Of a stretch of DNA of 64,000 bases, positions 1-13,862 are shown piece by piece. The DNA is taken from assembly GCA_951406725.2 (NCBI GenBank), contig OX597839.1, positions 19,716,001 through 19,780,000 on the forward strand, written 5' to 3'. This stretch comes from Octopus vulgaris. Taxonomy: Eukaryota. A model generated the notes under the pieces. That model worked only from the letters and a program-made list of their open reading frames with translations. It did not search any database and was not told the origin of the DNA. The position numbers and the translations under genes are program-made. Each line of letters begins with the position of its first letter. Within the stretch, counting starts at the first letter, position 1.

Positions 1-352
1 TTTCAAGATTTCTAGCCAATAGGTACCGACCTACCTACCTACCTACCTTCCTACTTACCTACCTACCTACCTTGCCAATGGGTACCGACTTACCTACCTA
101 CCTTCCTACTTACCTACCTACCTACCTACCTACCTACCTACCTACCTTCCTACTTACCTACCTACCTACCTACCTTCCTACTTACCTACCTACCTACATT
201 GCCAATGGGTACCGACTTACCTACCTACATATATGGAAAAATACCCTGTTGCTGATGTAGGAATTCCAATGAAGGAGACTTGGATCTAGGTTAGAAACCA
301 ACGCTTTCTCTATCGGCAAGAAATCTTCAAATAGAACTGAATAATGACATAA
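1..352. mobile_element. MITE-like element with internal (CTAC)n minisatellite, left end outside window
   Basis: 1-22 TTTCAAGATTTCTAGCCAATAG is an imperfect inverted repeat of about 310-331; GCCAATRGGTACCGAC recurs at 16, 74 and 201. Confidence 0.45.
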
Positions 353-466
353 TGACACACATACATACATACATACATACATACATACATACATACATAC
401 ATACATACATTATACATACATACATGCATACTATACATACATACACACACACATACATACATACAT

Positions 467-499
<33 letters not shown>

Positions 500-909
500 T
501 ACATACATACATACATACATACATACACACATACACACACACACATACATACATACATACATACATACATACATTACATTACATACAAGTATGGAACACT
601 AATGGGTTACAATACAAGGTATGTCATCGTGAAACGCATCTGCACGATCGTATGATTGTATGATTACAGGTGTTACATTTTAAATGAGACATATATATTG
701 TTGGAAAGTTCAGGAAAATTTTAATTGCAGAGTAAATATACGTGAAAAGAAAGACTGGAAAATTTGGTCTAAGAGTATAAAATATATATTCAAAATATAC
801 AAAATTTTCAGCAATCTTTGTTTTAATACACACACACATACATACTTGCATGCATAAGTACGTACGTACATACATTTATGCATACATACGTACGTACATA
901 TGTACATAC

Positions 910-942
<33 letters not shown>

Positions 943-983
943 TATATCTGGTTATATATTCATGTATAAATATACATATAACC

Positions 984-1033
<50 letters not shown>

Positions 1034-1203
1034 GTATATATATATATTTATGTATATAATATATAGGTGTATATACATACCCATATGTATTTATATATGT
1101 ATATAAAATATATATGTGTATATATATATATACCCATATATATGTATACAATATATATATATATATAAATATATATATATGCATATAATGTACATATATA
1201 CGA

Positions 1204-1234
<31 letters not shown>

Positions 1235-1270
1235 CCCATATATATATGTATATATACCCATATATATATA
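353..1270. repeat. (ACAT)n/(AC)n/(TA)n microsatellite blocks
   Basis: direct reading. Confidence 0.95.
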
Positions 1271-1340
1271 AACCACTGCTGTAGACGAATGGTGTAAATG
1301 CACAAAGTCAGTTCACAGCGCTCGCTAACCAGACTCCTGG

Positions 1341-1380
1341 ATGCATTCGTTTCGGAGCGGTTATCTCTTCTTCAGTAGCA
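1341..1380 (-). ncRNA. degenerate minimal hammerhead ribozyme motif
   Basis: minus strand tgcta CTGAAGA agag-ataaccg-ctcc GAAA cg aatgca; helices imperfect. Confidence 0.35.
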
Positions 1381-1811
1381 GAGACCGGAAAAATCTCTAT
1401 TCTGTTTTGTATTTATTATTCGATATAATATTCTCGCAAAGTTCAATGAACACATGCATTATTACGGACGACTTATATGCATACATACATGTGTATACAC
1501 ACACACACACTGACCCACACACAAAAAAAAACGAACACAGCTCGGATAACGAAATTATATAGAAAAATAAATAAGTGAATGAGTGGCAACTTTACCGGTG
1601 AGTGTGTTAAAAAATAAGGCACTAAAAGAGAATGACCCTCCCCACACAGAACAAAACACATATAACATTATTTACAATATATACTTGTGATGAACCACAA
1701 CCTGGGACCCTAAGAAAGTACTACCTGGAGTTCTTCACTAAGCTAAATAATATTATTAGTCTGGTGTGCCAACAGAGAGAGCTCCTGGCGTATTTTGTTG
1801 TTTTAACACAT

Positions 1812-1844
<33 letters not shown>

Positions 1845-1980
1845 CATATATATATACTTATTTAGAAGTATTTAGGTATATATATATATATTATTATTTG
1901 TAAATCTCTCAAAGCGAGAAATTCAGTAACAGTTCTTTAAAATAAAGGCTATTTGCCAACATAATATGCCTGTCCTGAAG

Positions 1981-2145
1981 GGGACGATGTTACTGCCGTC
2001 TTAGCCCCAAGAAACATCGTTTCCAGCAGGCTATACAGCACACTATCTGTGATCCCTAATCGAAAATATAAGGGCACAGATAGTGTGTCGTATAGCCTGC
2101 TAGAAACGATGTTTCTTGGGGCTAAAACAACAATAGCATCGTCCC
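1981..2145. repeat. long inverted repeat (about 75-bp arms, 13-nt loop)
   Basis: 1981-2057 is largely the reverse complement of 2071-2145. Confidence 0.9.
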
Positions 2146-2334
2146 TTTTTTTTATAAATTGAGCTCGTTCACCCTGAGAATTCTCAAATAGTCGGTAGTA
2201 TTCTTATGATATGCTATCAATTCTAGTCTTAGGCATTCCTCGTGTGTCAAAATAAAAAGTTAAAAACATTTGTAGCAATTAAAAAGCTGCCTAACCGTAC
2301 TTACTCTCCTTTTTGACTCTTTTATTTTACTCTT

Positions 2335-2715
2335 ATATGGATAGATGGATAGAGATAGATAGATAGAAATAGATAGGTAGAGATAGAAAGATAGAGATAG
2401 ATAGGTAGATAGATAGATAGATAGATAGGTAGGTAGGTAGATAGATATGTAGGCATACAGGTAGGTAGGTAGGTAGGTAGGTAGACAGGTAGGTAGACAG
2501 GTAGGTAGGTATGTAGGTAGGTAAGTAGATAGACAGGTAGGTAGATAGATAGATAGATAGATAGGTATGTAGGTAGATAGATAGGTAGGTAGATAGATAG
2601 GTAGGTAGATAGGTAGGTAGATACATAGGTAGGTAGGTAGGTAGGTAGGTAGGTAGGTAGGTAGGTAGGTAGGTAGGTAGGTAGGTAGGTAAGTAGGTAG
2701 ATAGGTAGGTAGATA
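2335..2715. repeat. (GATA)n/(GGTA)n tetranucleotide array
   Basis: direct reading. Confidence 0.95.
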
Positions 2716-3667
2716 CGTAGATATGCATGTACATATATACTTAGCTATGATAGGAAAAGTTTCTGATTACGTTTTATTTTGGTCAATTCCAATCTTTGCG
2801 ATGGCATTTAATTTAGATCTCTAATATACAATCAAATAAATAGTTTGAGAGATCGATAAATGGAAAACTTAGTGTGAGTTATCGCTAAGTAATGCCAATG
2901 TATTTGTCCGCCCTAACCTTTTAACACCGACCCTCGCCAACTACCGATCTCTTCTCTGTTTTCAACTTAACCGTCAGCAGCCATTAACAACGTCAACACC
3001 AACGCCATCAATGTATCTAGTCTTGCAGATTCAACTACGCGTCATCATTACCACCAGGAACAAAAATAAAAAATGAAACACAAACACACATACACAAACA
3101 AACAAACAAACTACAAACTCATTACCGTTCAAGAACGAAACCATCAACAGAATATTTCTAAAAAGCATACGTAACTCGAAGTTATAGTCGCATACCAAAG
3201 TGAAACTAGAAACTCGCTTGGCTCCAAAACATCGGCCATTTTCTAAGGCTTCTTTCCCGTCAGTTACCGAACTAATTACATATAGAAAACTCTCTCCTTC
3301 CTCTTTATTAGCTTGGCTGGCTAGTTTTGCCTAACTCTTAAGCTTGTTTCTTAGCCACGGCTATATTACCTATTTGTATATTTTATTATATATATATATA
3401 TTTTTTTTTTTTAACTATTTTCTTTTTGGTCCTTTCAGTTCTATATTTTCTTCTAAGGTTTGAGCGAACGAACCAGAAGTAAATTAAATTTCTCCAAGAT
3501 TCTGCTACAGTATTTTACGTTTATATTTTCATTTATACGAATTTATATTTTTATTTATATTTTAAATATTGTATTGTTTTGGTTCATTCCTACATGATTT
3601 TATAATTTTATATGTTATATATTATTCCATATTGTTCGTTTATGTTTGAGAAGTATTCTGGCATACA

Positions 3668-3716
<49 letters not shown>

Positions 3717-3717
3717 T

Positions 3718-3775
<58 letters not shown>

Positions 3776-3922
3776 CATATATATACATATATTTATATGT
3801 GTATGTGTATATATATTTATATATATATATACACACACATATATATATATACATATTTATGTGTGTATGTGTAGATATGTTTATATATATATACATATTT
3901 ATATGTGTGTATGTGTATATGT

Positions 3923-3998
<76 letters not shown>

Positions 3999-4849
3999 CA
4001 CATATATATATAAATTTAACAGACTCGTACACATATACAACCATACATACATATATAAACAGATTTGTGTACATATATATATACATATGTAGTTATGTAT
4101 GTATGAATGCATACTCTGTGTGTGTATAATTTTGTTTACGTCGTTGCCCATTAATTTTTGCCTGCTCCAAGATGCTATTAGGAGAAATTATATTTAAATT
4201 TAACAAATTAAACAAAAGTGAAAATTCTTCAAATCATGAACGAACCTAAAGAATGCTGAGGACAAGCACACAAACACACATATACACACTCAAATATGTG
4301 CACATATATATATGTACATATATGTACACACATGTGTATATATTCATATACATATACACAAAGATATATATATATATACATGAGGAGTGTGTGTGAAGAT
4401 AACAATATAAAGTAGCGTACAAGAATATTGGAGAAATTTTTTTAAAATTTGTTATTACTATTCTTGGTTTTGTCATCATGGCCATAAACAAACCCTCCTT
4501 CGTACCCCCACCTCCTATAGTCATTGTTACCACCCTCGTCGTCGTCATCATTACATCATCAGCCTCATCATCATCGTCGTCCTCTCACCGTCATCGTCAT
4601 CATAATTATTGCGTTGTCGTAATTATTGCCTGTTGTAATTTTTCTAAAACTAATAAATCACGTGTTATTGTTCTTTCTTTACGGTAATATTGTTGTTGTT
4701 GTTGTTATTATTATTATTATTATTATTATTGTTATTCCCATTTTATTTTGTTTCACCTTATTGGCAACGTGCAGCTGAGATGTACAGTGTTGTTGCAAGT
4801 AAACAGTGCTTGAATTTTTTTTTTATTTCTTCTACAAGTATTACTACTG

Positions 4850-4905
<56 letters not shown>

Positions 4906-4979
4906 GCTACTTATTAGTTTTTGCCAACACAACAACGTTTTGATAAACATGTGGACAAGAATATTTCGACTCCTAATAG

Positions 4980-5010
<31 letters not shown>

Positions 5011-5095
5011 CGCACGCGCGTGAGTATCTTAAGTGCAAGTAATTACTTGCGTGTGCGTGTATATATATCTGTGTGTATATATATATGTATATACA

Positions 5096-5215
<120 letters not shown>

Positions 5216-5225
5216 TGTATGTATG

Positions 5226-5258
<33 letters not shown>

Positions 5259-5408
5259 ATCCTTTTATTCATTTCAGCCATATAGATACGGTCATGCAGG
5301 AGCACCACCGAGGTTTTGCTAATTTCTTCATGCTGAGGTGGAGTGGGCTTTACATCACCATTCCTGTATTTACGTTTGTCCTAACTGTTGTCCTATTGTG
5401 TGTATGAG

Positions 5409-6500
5409 CTAGTTAGATTCCGCTCCCCTCGTTTGTAATTTATGCTGGGCTCTTGGTTCAACAGCTATTGTGAAAAGGAGGTTTAGTTCCTTTTTGAAGA
5501 CATCTGCTTTCATCTTATATAAATTTCTTAATTTTCGTGTCAGGGCATTGAAGAGCTGTGGGACTTTGAACGCTAAGCTATTGTAGTTCCTGATCCTGAA
5601 TTTAGATGGAGTGAATAGTACCTTTTGTACAAGTGCTCCAAGTTCTGGCATTTAAAACATAAAAATGTTCCTTCTCGAGCCATGCGAGGCTCATAAGGGC
5701 TGGTTTCCCGGTTTCAGTGGCGTAGAAATTTCCCACCTGGACGGGACGCCGGTCCATCGCAAGATTACTCATTTTTGCCAGCTGAGTGGACTGGAGCAAC
5801 GTGAAATGAAGTGTTTTGTTCAAGAACACAATGCATCGCCCGGTCCAGGAATCGAAACCACAACCTTACGATCATGAGTTCAACACCCTAACCACTAAGC
5901 CACGCGCCTCCACTGTATTTGTATAACATTCAATGCCGAAATTAGGTACTAGCCCTTCTAGAACTTTCCATGTGTAAATTATTACATATCTGTCGCTCCA
6001 AGAGTAAAGTCGTAGGTTTTTCAGCCTCTCCCTGTAGTTCATCTGCTGCCCTGTTTCAGTCTTTTTAGTGTAATGCCGTTGGGCCACTTGAAGCTCCACT
6101 GTTAGTTTAACACGCTGGAGTGACCAACGCTGAGAGCAGTAGTCCACCACCATCACCACCACCACTATCGCTACAACCATTCACCACAGCCACCAACGCC
6201 ACTCTGGAAAAGTGTGTGAAGTGGTTTCGCTAAAGTCTGCCTACAAGTCCTGAGGAGAATAGCTGGGAAGCCATCGGCCCCAGTTGCTGAGCTTGAGCTC
6301 ATTTCATCTATGGCAGCTGCTTCATCTGTCTCCTCAATGTTGATGCAATCGATGATTGGCGCCTTTTTTATTAGTGCTGAAATATTAAACAATTCAGTAG
6401 GGATTTTTTTTTAAAATCTGCATTTGTTCAAGCGGGGATTTGAAGACACTTTTAAATTGCTCACTAAGTACCTCACTTATACTTTCTGGGTTCGCGGTCA
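5409..6500 (-). mobile_element. degraded CR1/L2-group LINE ORF2 remnant with RT core deleted, interrupted by a SINE
   Basis: minus-strand peptides SATGADGFPAILLRTC..LAKPLHTLFQS (pre-RT), QRHYTKK..NYRERLKNLRLYS..RYVIIYTWKVLEGLVPN and NSLAFKVPQLFNAL..VFKKEL (C-terminus). Confidence 0.8.
5652..5913 (-). mobile_element. tRNA-derived SINE (family V)
   Basis: A-box TGGCTTAGTGG and B-box GTTTCGATTCC on minus; same family as 17383-18660. Confidence 0.85.
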
Positions 6501-7306
6501 GTGAGCTATTCCCTATTTTATATTGTACTGTTGTTGTAATATTGTACGTCAAATGTAAATAATGTAAATAATGTACATAATAGGCGCAAGGATGGCTGTG
6601 TGGTAAGTAGCTTGCTAACGCACATGCGCAATTAGTCAGTTGCTTCCTGTTCAGCCAGAGTGGACGCGAGTCAATCAGCTCCGTCCAATTAAAGAAAAAA
6701 GACCAAAAACGGAAAGTTGTCGAGGTAAGTGATTTTGTTTATTGTGAGTTGGGCATAATTTATTGCGTGCCAATTATTATTTCAGTAAGTTGTGTCCAAC
6801 TCTGAGATAATTTCGCCTGCTCTCGGCGGCTGCCGTTTTTGTGTTCATTGAAAAAAAAAAAAGAAAAAACATCCTCGAAATTCAATGCAGTTACTGTTAA
6901 AATTACCGTTGGCGGTAGCCAGTGCTGTGTTTGGGTTTGTTGAATTTATTCCCTTGTCAGAGTACTTCGCAAGAAAATTATAAAAATAAGCCACTATTGG
7001 ATTACCTTTCGGACCCATTTTTGTGGAGGTTGTGTTGCAGTTGCGGCGTTCCAGGTTCAACCCAGGCCGGGAGTACCGCAAGGCCAGAATATTTTTGCTG
7101 TGTTTTTTCTGTTTATTAACTTTCTTTTGAACTTCATTTAACCCCCCTTTTGTTTTTTTTCTTTATTGCGACTTTCCGTTAATTTCTTCCCTTCTGTTGT
7201 GCTTTCTCCTTTTTGTTTTTTCAAAAATCTATCAAATTTTATTTGGACTTTTGAACTTTTTTCTTCCTGCTTTTGAGTTTAATTTGAATATATTTTTAAA
7301 AAAAAC

Positions 7307-8536
7307 ATGGCAATGAAAAATAACAAAATTTTGGAGTGGGAAATCATACCACCTAAAAAGTGGTTAAAAGACCGTGAAGATAGTGTTGAGAACCTACTCC
7401 AAGGCACTTGACACCATCGCCCTATTCGAAAAGACGGCAATTGAAAAGGAGTTGGAAGAGTATTTGCCAACAATTAAATTCATTTCAGGGGTGTCAAATA
7501 TGCAACGGTGTGGTTGCTATTTGACACCCCTGAAGAGGCTTGCAAATTTGCTAGCAAACCCCTGGAGGGTAAGGAAATCTTATTCCTGCCCACGTACAAA
7601 AAAAAGAAATTGATGAAAGCTTGGATTTGCGGACTGCCACCCGACATAGAACCCGAGTGGATAGAGGAGACTATCCGCCGGGGTCTGGGTGACAGCGAAA
7701 CTAAACTCCTCAATGTAAAAGTTCTTCCTGCGGCTGCTTGGGTTGGGTCAAAAGCAATTTTGACCCTGTGGACCCAATCAGCCAATCTGGTTCTTCCAGA
7801 TTTTTTGAAAATGGCCGGGTGCAGGTACCCGGTGATGCTTGAGGCTCGCCCCCCTAAGTGTCATCGGTGCTTGGAGTCCGGCCACATAAAGAAGAACTGT
7901 CCTCGGGAACAAAATAGGATCCCGGAACAGTTAAGTAAAACCCCTCTAGAAGAGGGAACGATAACGGCCGAGAAAGCAGAGGACTCCTCAAACAGAGGCC
8001 GAAAGAGGAAGGTGAGCAACAATGGGTGCTCACCAAAGGATAATAGGGATGAGGAGAGGAAGGCGAATCTTCCAGCCACGGAGGAGACGCACCCTCCCTC
8101 AGTTGAAAAGGGAAAAAAAAAGAAAAAGAGGAAGAAAAACGGGACATTACCGGCTGTCAGTGTAGCACCGGAATGTCCCGGAACTACGTCGGTTGGGGTT
8201 GTGCCACCGACAAGAGAAGGAATACCGTTGGCGGAAACTGTGCCGCCAACGAAAGAACTGAACGTATTGGTCCTCTTCTATAGAGGAGGAGAAATTGAAA
8301 AAGTGATGGAAGAGCACTACAAGGGAGCACCTTTAGCCTTTACACAGGACCCCGAATGGCCTCCGCAGGTAGCTGTGGAGGCCGTGGCGTTCGACGTGAC
8401 GCTTGGGCTAAAGGAGCTCAATGAAGATTATAACTTGGTCCCGGGCGACGCGAACTCGGAACTTGACTACGTTCTGAGGGAGGCGTGGTTGATGGTGGAG
8501 GGCGCGGGCACAAGCTATTTCGAGGACGATATGTAA
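7307..8536 (+). CDS. L1/Tx1-type ORF1 (gag-like RNA-binding protein with CCHC zinc knuckle); two compensating frameshifts near 7368 and 7487
   Basis: ORF 7508-8536 has RRM-like KAWICGLPPDI and CHRCLESGHIKKNC (CX2CX4HX4C); ATG 7307 is in the same frame; the intervening segment reads in the 7374 frame. Confidence 0.8.
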
Positions 8537-8552
8537 TTATTGAACTGTTATT

Positions 8553-8678
8553 ATTAGTAATGGACTTAAGTCCAAAAATTGAAAAATTGTAAGAGGATTA
8601 ATACCTCGTTTTGTATTAATAATGGACTGCTAAGTCCAAAAATTGGAAAAATTGTAAGAGGTTTAATACCTCGTTTTG
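8553..8678 (+). repeat. about 63-bp tandem duplication in the element 3' UTR
   Basis: AATGGACT..AAGTCCAAAAATTG..GTAAGAGG.TTAATACCTCGTTTTGT occurs twice. Confidence 0.9.
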
Positions 8679-9309
8679 TGTTTATCTTTAAAAAGAACAA
8701 TGTTTTAGAGAAGCGAAAGTCGGCGGGCGCTTTTTGTCTTCTCCCATCCTTATCATCTTTCTTTCATTATCATTCACCTCATTAATGTCCTCGTCCAGCC
8801 CGCAAAGCTAACTTAATCTGTGTACTGCCTTTATGGCAAATGTTTTGAAATAAAGTAGCTTGCTAACCAGCCACATGGTTCCGGGTTCAGTCCCACTGCG
8901 TGGCATCTTGGGAAAGTGTCTTCTGTATAGCCCCGGGCCGACCAATGCGTTGTGAGTGGATTTGGTAGACGGAAACTGAAAGAAGCCTGTCGTATATATG
9001 TATATATATATATATATATGTGCATGTGTATGCATTTGTGTGTCTGTGTTTGTCCCACTAGCATTGCCTGACAACCGATGCTGCTGTGTTTACGTCCCCG
9101 TCACTTAGCGGTTCGGCAAAAAGAGACCGATAGAATAAGTACTAGGCTTCCAAAGAATAAGATCTGGGGTCGATTTGCTCGACTAAAGGCGGTGCTCCAG
9201 CATGGCCGCAGTTAAATGACTGAAACAAGTAAAAGAGTAAAGAGTAATTCCACATCTCTTAAATATAGAACTGTATCAAAAGCGGTTGTCAAGCAGTGGT
9301 GGGAGACAA

Positions 9310-9402
<93 letters not shown>

Positions 9403-9520
9403 CATAGATATATATGTATAACTATATGATGTGAATCTTACCCATCTGTGATTTTTTCCTTTCTGTCTTAATTAATTTATCTCCATTTATTCTTGCTTCT
9501 CACGAAATCTTCCTTTAAAA

Positions 9521-9556
9521 GTATAACGTTTCGGATATAGTCGTTCGTCAGGTAGA
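9521..9556 (-). ncRNA. degenerate minimal hammerhead motif
   Basis: minus CTGACGA acgactatatcc GAAAC GTTA; helices I and II weak. Confidence 0.3.
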
Positions 9557-9614
9557 TTCTACTCAATAACATTAAGGCTGTAGTTTCCTTCTTTAGGCTT
9601 CAGCTTAATTAATT

Positions 9615-9800
9615 GTGAATAATCGTTAGCACACCTGGCAAAATGCTTAGCGATATTTCGTCCGCTTTTCCGTTCTGAATTTAGATTCCGCTTTTCATTT
9701 CTATCGGCGCGATAAACTAAGTACCAGTTGCATAATAGGGTCACTATTATAAAGATACCTCTTGCCCAGAATTGCTGGCTCTGTGCCAAAATTTGAAATG
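9615..9800 (+). mobile_element. degraded family M SINE
   Basis: similar to GTTAGCAC..AAATGCTTAGC..TATTTCGTC..CGATAAA.TAAGTACCAG. Confidence 0.6.
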
Positions 9801-10269
9801 AACATTAACTGTGGAGGTTCATCAACGGAACTCAACCCTGCGGCGCTGTATTCCCGCTATAGCGGAAATATGTTAAACGTCATCTCTGCCGGATTCATGT
9901 TAGAGCATTAATGGGCAACATGCGTAGCAAAAGAAGATGCAACCGATCCTGTGCATTACTTTGCATGCAAGCGATAAATTAGTACCAATTGAGTACTGGG
10001 GACGATTTTTGCTAAAGTTTGAAACCATTATTATTATTGATATGTTTTTCCTCAGTTGTGTGTTCGTACATATTCGGTTGTACAGGTGTTTGCACATGCG
10101 CACAGATCGTATGGAGTTTCGTGACGTGTATATCTGTGCATGCTAGCCTAACTGTACGATTAATCTGAAAGGGTCATTCGTGTATACACGTTCGTATATA
10201 GTGTACGTACGTGTGCCGGTTTATAAGGGTATACGTGTATATCTAATATGCATGAAAGTCATATGAGAT

Positions 10270-10990
10270 TCTCCAACCATCACCACCACCACTAACAACA
10301 CCACCATCACCACTAACAACACCACCATCACCAGAGTCGCTACCACTACCATCACGACCATAGCCACCACCACTATCGCTACCACCATTCACCACAGCCT
10401 CCAACACCACCACCACAGCCACCACCACCATCACTACTATCGCCGTCACCACAGCCACCAACACTACTACTATCACCTCCACAGCCATCACCACTATCGC
10501 TACCACCATTCAACACAGTCACCACCAATACCACTGCTACAGCTATCACTACGTTCACTACCATAGCCACCACCACTACCACAGTCATCACCACCTTCAC
10601 CACCATAGCCAGCACCACTATCACTATCGTCATTCACCACAGCCACCAACACCACCACCATCACTACCATCGCCATCACCACAGCTACCAACACCACCAC
10701 CACCACTACCACAGCCATCACCACCATAGCCAGCACCACCATCACTATCGCCATTCACCACAGCCACCAACACCACCACCATCCCTACCATCGCCATCAC
10801 CACAGCTACCAACACCACCACTACCACAGCCATCACCACCACCACCACTACCACAGCCATCACCACCATAGCCAGCACCACCATCACTATCGCCATTCAC
10901 CACAGCCACCAACACCACCACCACTACTATCACCACCACATCCATCAACAACACAGTCATCACCAACACAGCCACCACCACCACCACCTG
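10270..10990. repeat. (ACC)-rich minisatellite, about 120-145-bp higher-order units
   Basis: recurrent CATTCACCACAGCCACCAACACC. Confidence 0.85.
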
Positions 10991-11269
10991 CCACCCTGAT
11001 TCCCACCCCACCCCACCCCCAATTGAAACAAGCAAACAAACAACTAAACAAAGACGCAAACACAATTAAAATATTTAGCGGGATTGCACACTTTCTGCGA
11101 CGCCTTTTCTATTGAAGCGTATCCTGACATTCCATTCTATTGTAATCTGTTCGTTAATATCGATTCCACCACCCACCCACCCACCTCTCTCACCATTCGC
11201 CACCATTCACCATCGTCAAATCCACCAGCACCACCAACATCATCATCGCAACCAATGGTGCTTCTACTG

Positions 11270-11740
11270 ATACCACCGGTACTATTACTACTACTGCTAC
11301 TACTACTAAATTTACCCCTCACCTCAGCCTCCCACCAGCAGCAGCAGCAGCAGCAGCAGCAAAATTGTCATCATGAAGGATCAATCCTCCAAACACCTCC
11401 ATCGCTATCTTCACCGTAAACAGCAACAACAGCAACAACAACAGCAACACAATCCCTTGTCGTGCCAAAGATAGTGTGGCGCCTGTACCATCGTTCTTTC
11501 CGTCATCATCATCGTCGTCAACATCATCATCATCAGCAGCAGCAGCAGCATCAGCATCATCATCATCATCGTCATCATTGTCTTCGGGATCATGATGATG
11601 ATCATCATCATCATCGTCATCATCACAAACAGAAGCAGCAAGATGAATATGTATTTTTATATCATCATCATTATTGCCATGCTTTGTGATCGTTAATATT
11701 ATCATTATTATTATTATAGTGTTATTATTATCATTATAAC

Positions 11741-11774
<34 letters not shown>

Positions 11775-11958
11775 GCGTTGTTATTATCATTATTACAATT
11801 ATTATTAAAAACATTTTCATTTTTATTACTGTTATTTTTAATATTAATGTTGTCATTATTATTATTATTATTATTATTATCATCATTATTATTATTATTA
11901 TTATCATTATTATTAGTATTATTATTATTATCATTATTATTATTATTATTATTATTAA

Positions 11959-12001
<43 letters not shown>

Positions 12002-13173
12002 GATATTATTGATAATAATATTATCGTCAATTTTCATTACAATTTTCATAATTCTTTTTCATTTCTTCCACTTTGCCTTTCTTCGTCTTTTTCTTCGGCA
12101 ATAATTCCAACCAACCATGGAAAGTTGCATAACAAATCCGATTGACTTGTATTAAGGAATAGCAAAACAAAAAAAAAAACAAAAAAAAACCCTAACGTAA
12201 TAAACATTCTTAGCTTCTTTTTTTTCTATTTCTTGCCAATTATTCCTACCGCGCTTGTCTCCCCTTCTTCCTTCTTTCCTTCCTTCCTTCATTTCTTCTT
12301 TCATTCCTTTATCCAATTCATTCACTCATTGATTGATTCGTTCAATGAGTTTCATTACTTTCTTACACCCCACCCACACCCCTATAAACGCATTTTCATA
12401 AGCTTGTACAGCACCACACGGACATGCGCACACGCATATAAACATACACGTCCCGCCCGTCCAAACATACATGTGTGTGTGTGTGTTATAGACATCCATT
12501 CATACACACAGTCATGCGTACATATGTATACAAAAGCGAAACATACATATATATGTATATGTGTATATGTATATATATATATATATACGTATATATATAT
12601 GTATATATATATATATATGTATATATGCATATATGTATGTATATATGCATATATATATGTATGTATCTATATATATGCATGTATATATATATATTTGTGT
12701 ATATATATATATGTATGTATGTATATATACATATATATATGTATATATATCAATGTATATATATATGCATATATATCTATCTATATGTATATATATATAT
12801 GTGTATATATATGTATATATATGTATATATATATGTATATGTATATATATGTATGTATATATATGTATATGTATATATATGTATATGTGTATATATATAT
12901 ATGTATATGTATATATATGTATATGTGTATATATATATATATGTATATGCATATATATATATATGTATATGCATATATATATATTTATATATATGTACAT
13001 ATATATATATATGCATATATATATACATATATACACGTATATATATATACATATATATATATATCCATATATATATATATATATATATAAATATGTATAT
13101 ATAAACATATATATATACATATATATATAAACATATATACATATATATATAAACATATATACATATATATATA

Positions 13174-13239
<66 letters not shown>

Positions 13240-13730
13240 CATGCTGGAAACAAATGTAGCAAGTCATAAAAAGGGACAAAACTGTTTCAGCAAAACAATC
13301 ATCACCAAAAAAACAACAACAGTAACAAATAAATACATAAATAAATAAAGTTCACAAAAAAAACCCCAAAAAACAATTACATGTTCTTCTACACTACCCC
13401 GCTCCACTACCACCGAGACCACTACGACAAAACAAGCAACAGTCTCACCACTACCACCACCAGCACAACAATCACTGCTGCATCCGCCAATGATGACATG
13501 AACCGTGAATAATGTAGTTAATAATAATAACAAAAACAACAACAACAACAACAACAGCAACAATAACCCCCCACACCACCACGAACCAAAATGGTAATAA
13601 TAATAATGATTATGATGATGATGATAATGTTGACAATAATGATCATGATGATGGTAATGATAGTGATGATGATAATAATGCTACTGCTGCTAATATGACT
13701 AGTAACAATAATAATAATAATAATAATAAC

Positions 13731-13768
<38 letters not shown>

Positions 13769-13829
13769 TAATAATAATATAATAATAATAATAATAATAA
13801 CAATAATAACAACAATAATAATAATAATA

Positions 13830-13862
<33 letters not shown>

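Larger units (their letters stand above)
6620..8852 (+). mobile_element. ORF1-only non-autonomous L1/Tx1-like retroelement with 15-bp TSD
   Basis: AAGTAGCTTGCTAAC at 6605-6619 and 8853-8867; single gag-like ORF; ends at AATAAA; no EN/RT coding. Confidence 0.8.
6581..9245 (+). mobile_element. composite tRNA-derived SINE (family K) split by a 2.2-kb insertion
   Basis: head 6581-6619 resumes at 8853-9245; colinear with the intact copy 46326-46760. Confidence 0.9.

Noticed and set aside
7508-8536. Host gene or LTR-retrotransposon gag
   Set aside because: Intronless ORF bounded by a 15-bp TSD inside a SINE, with no LTRs, PBS or pol.
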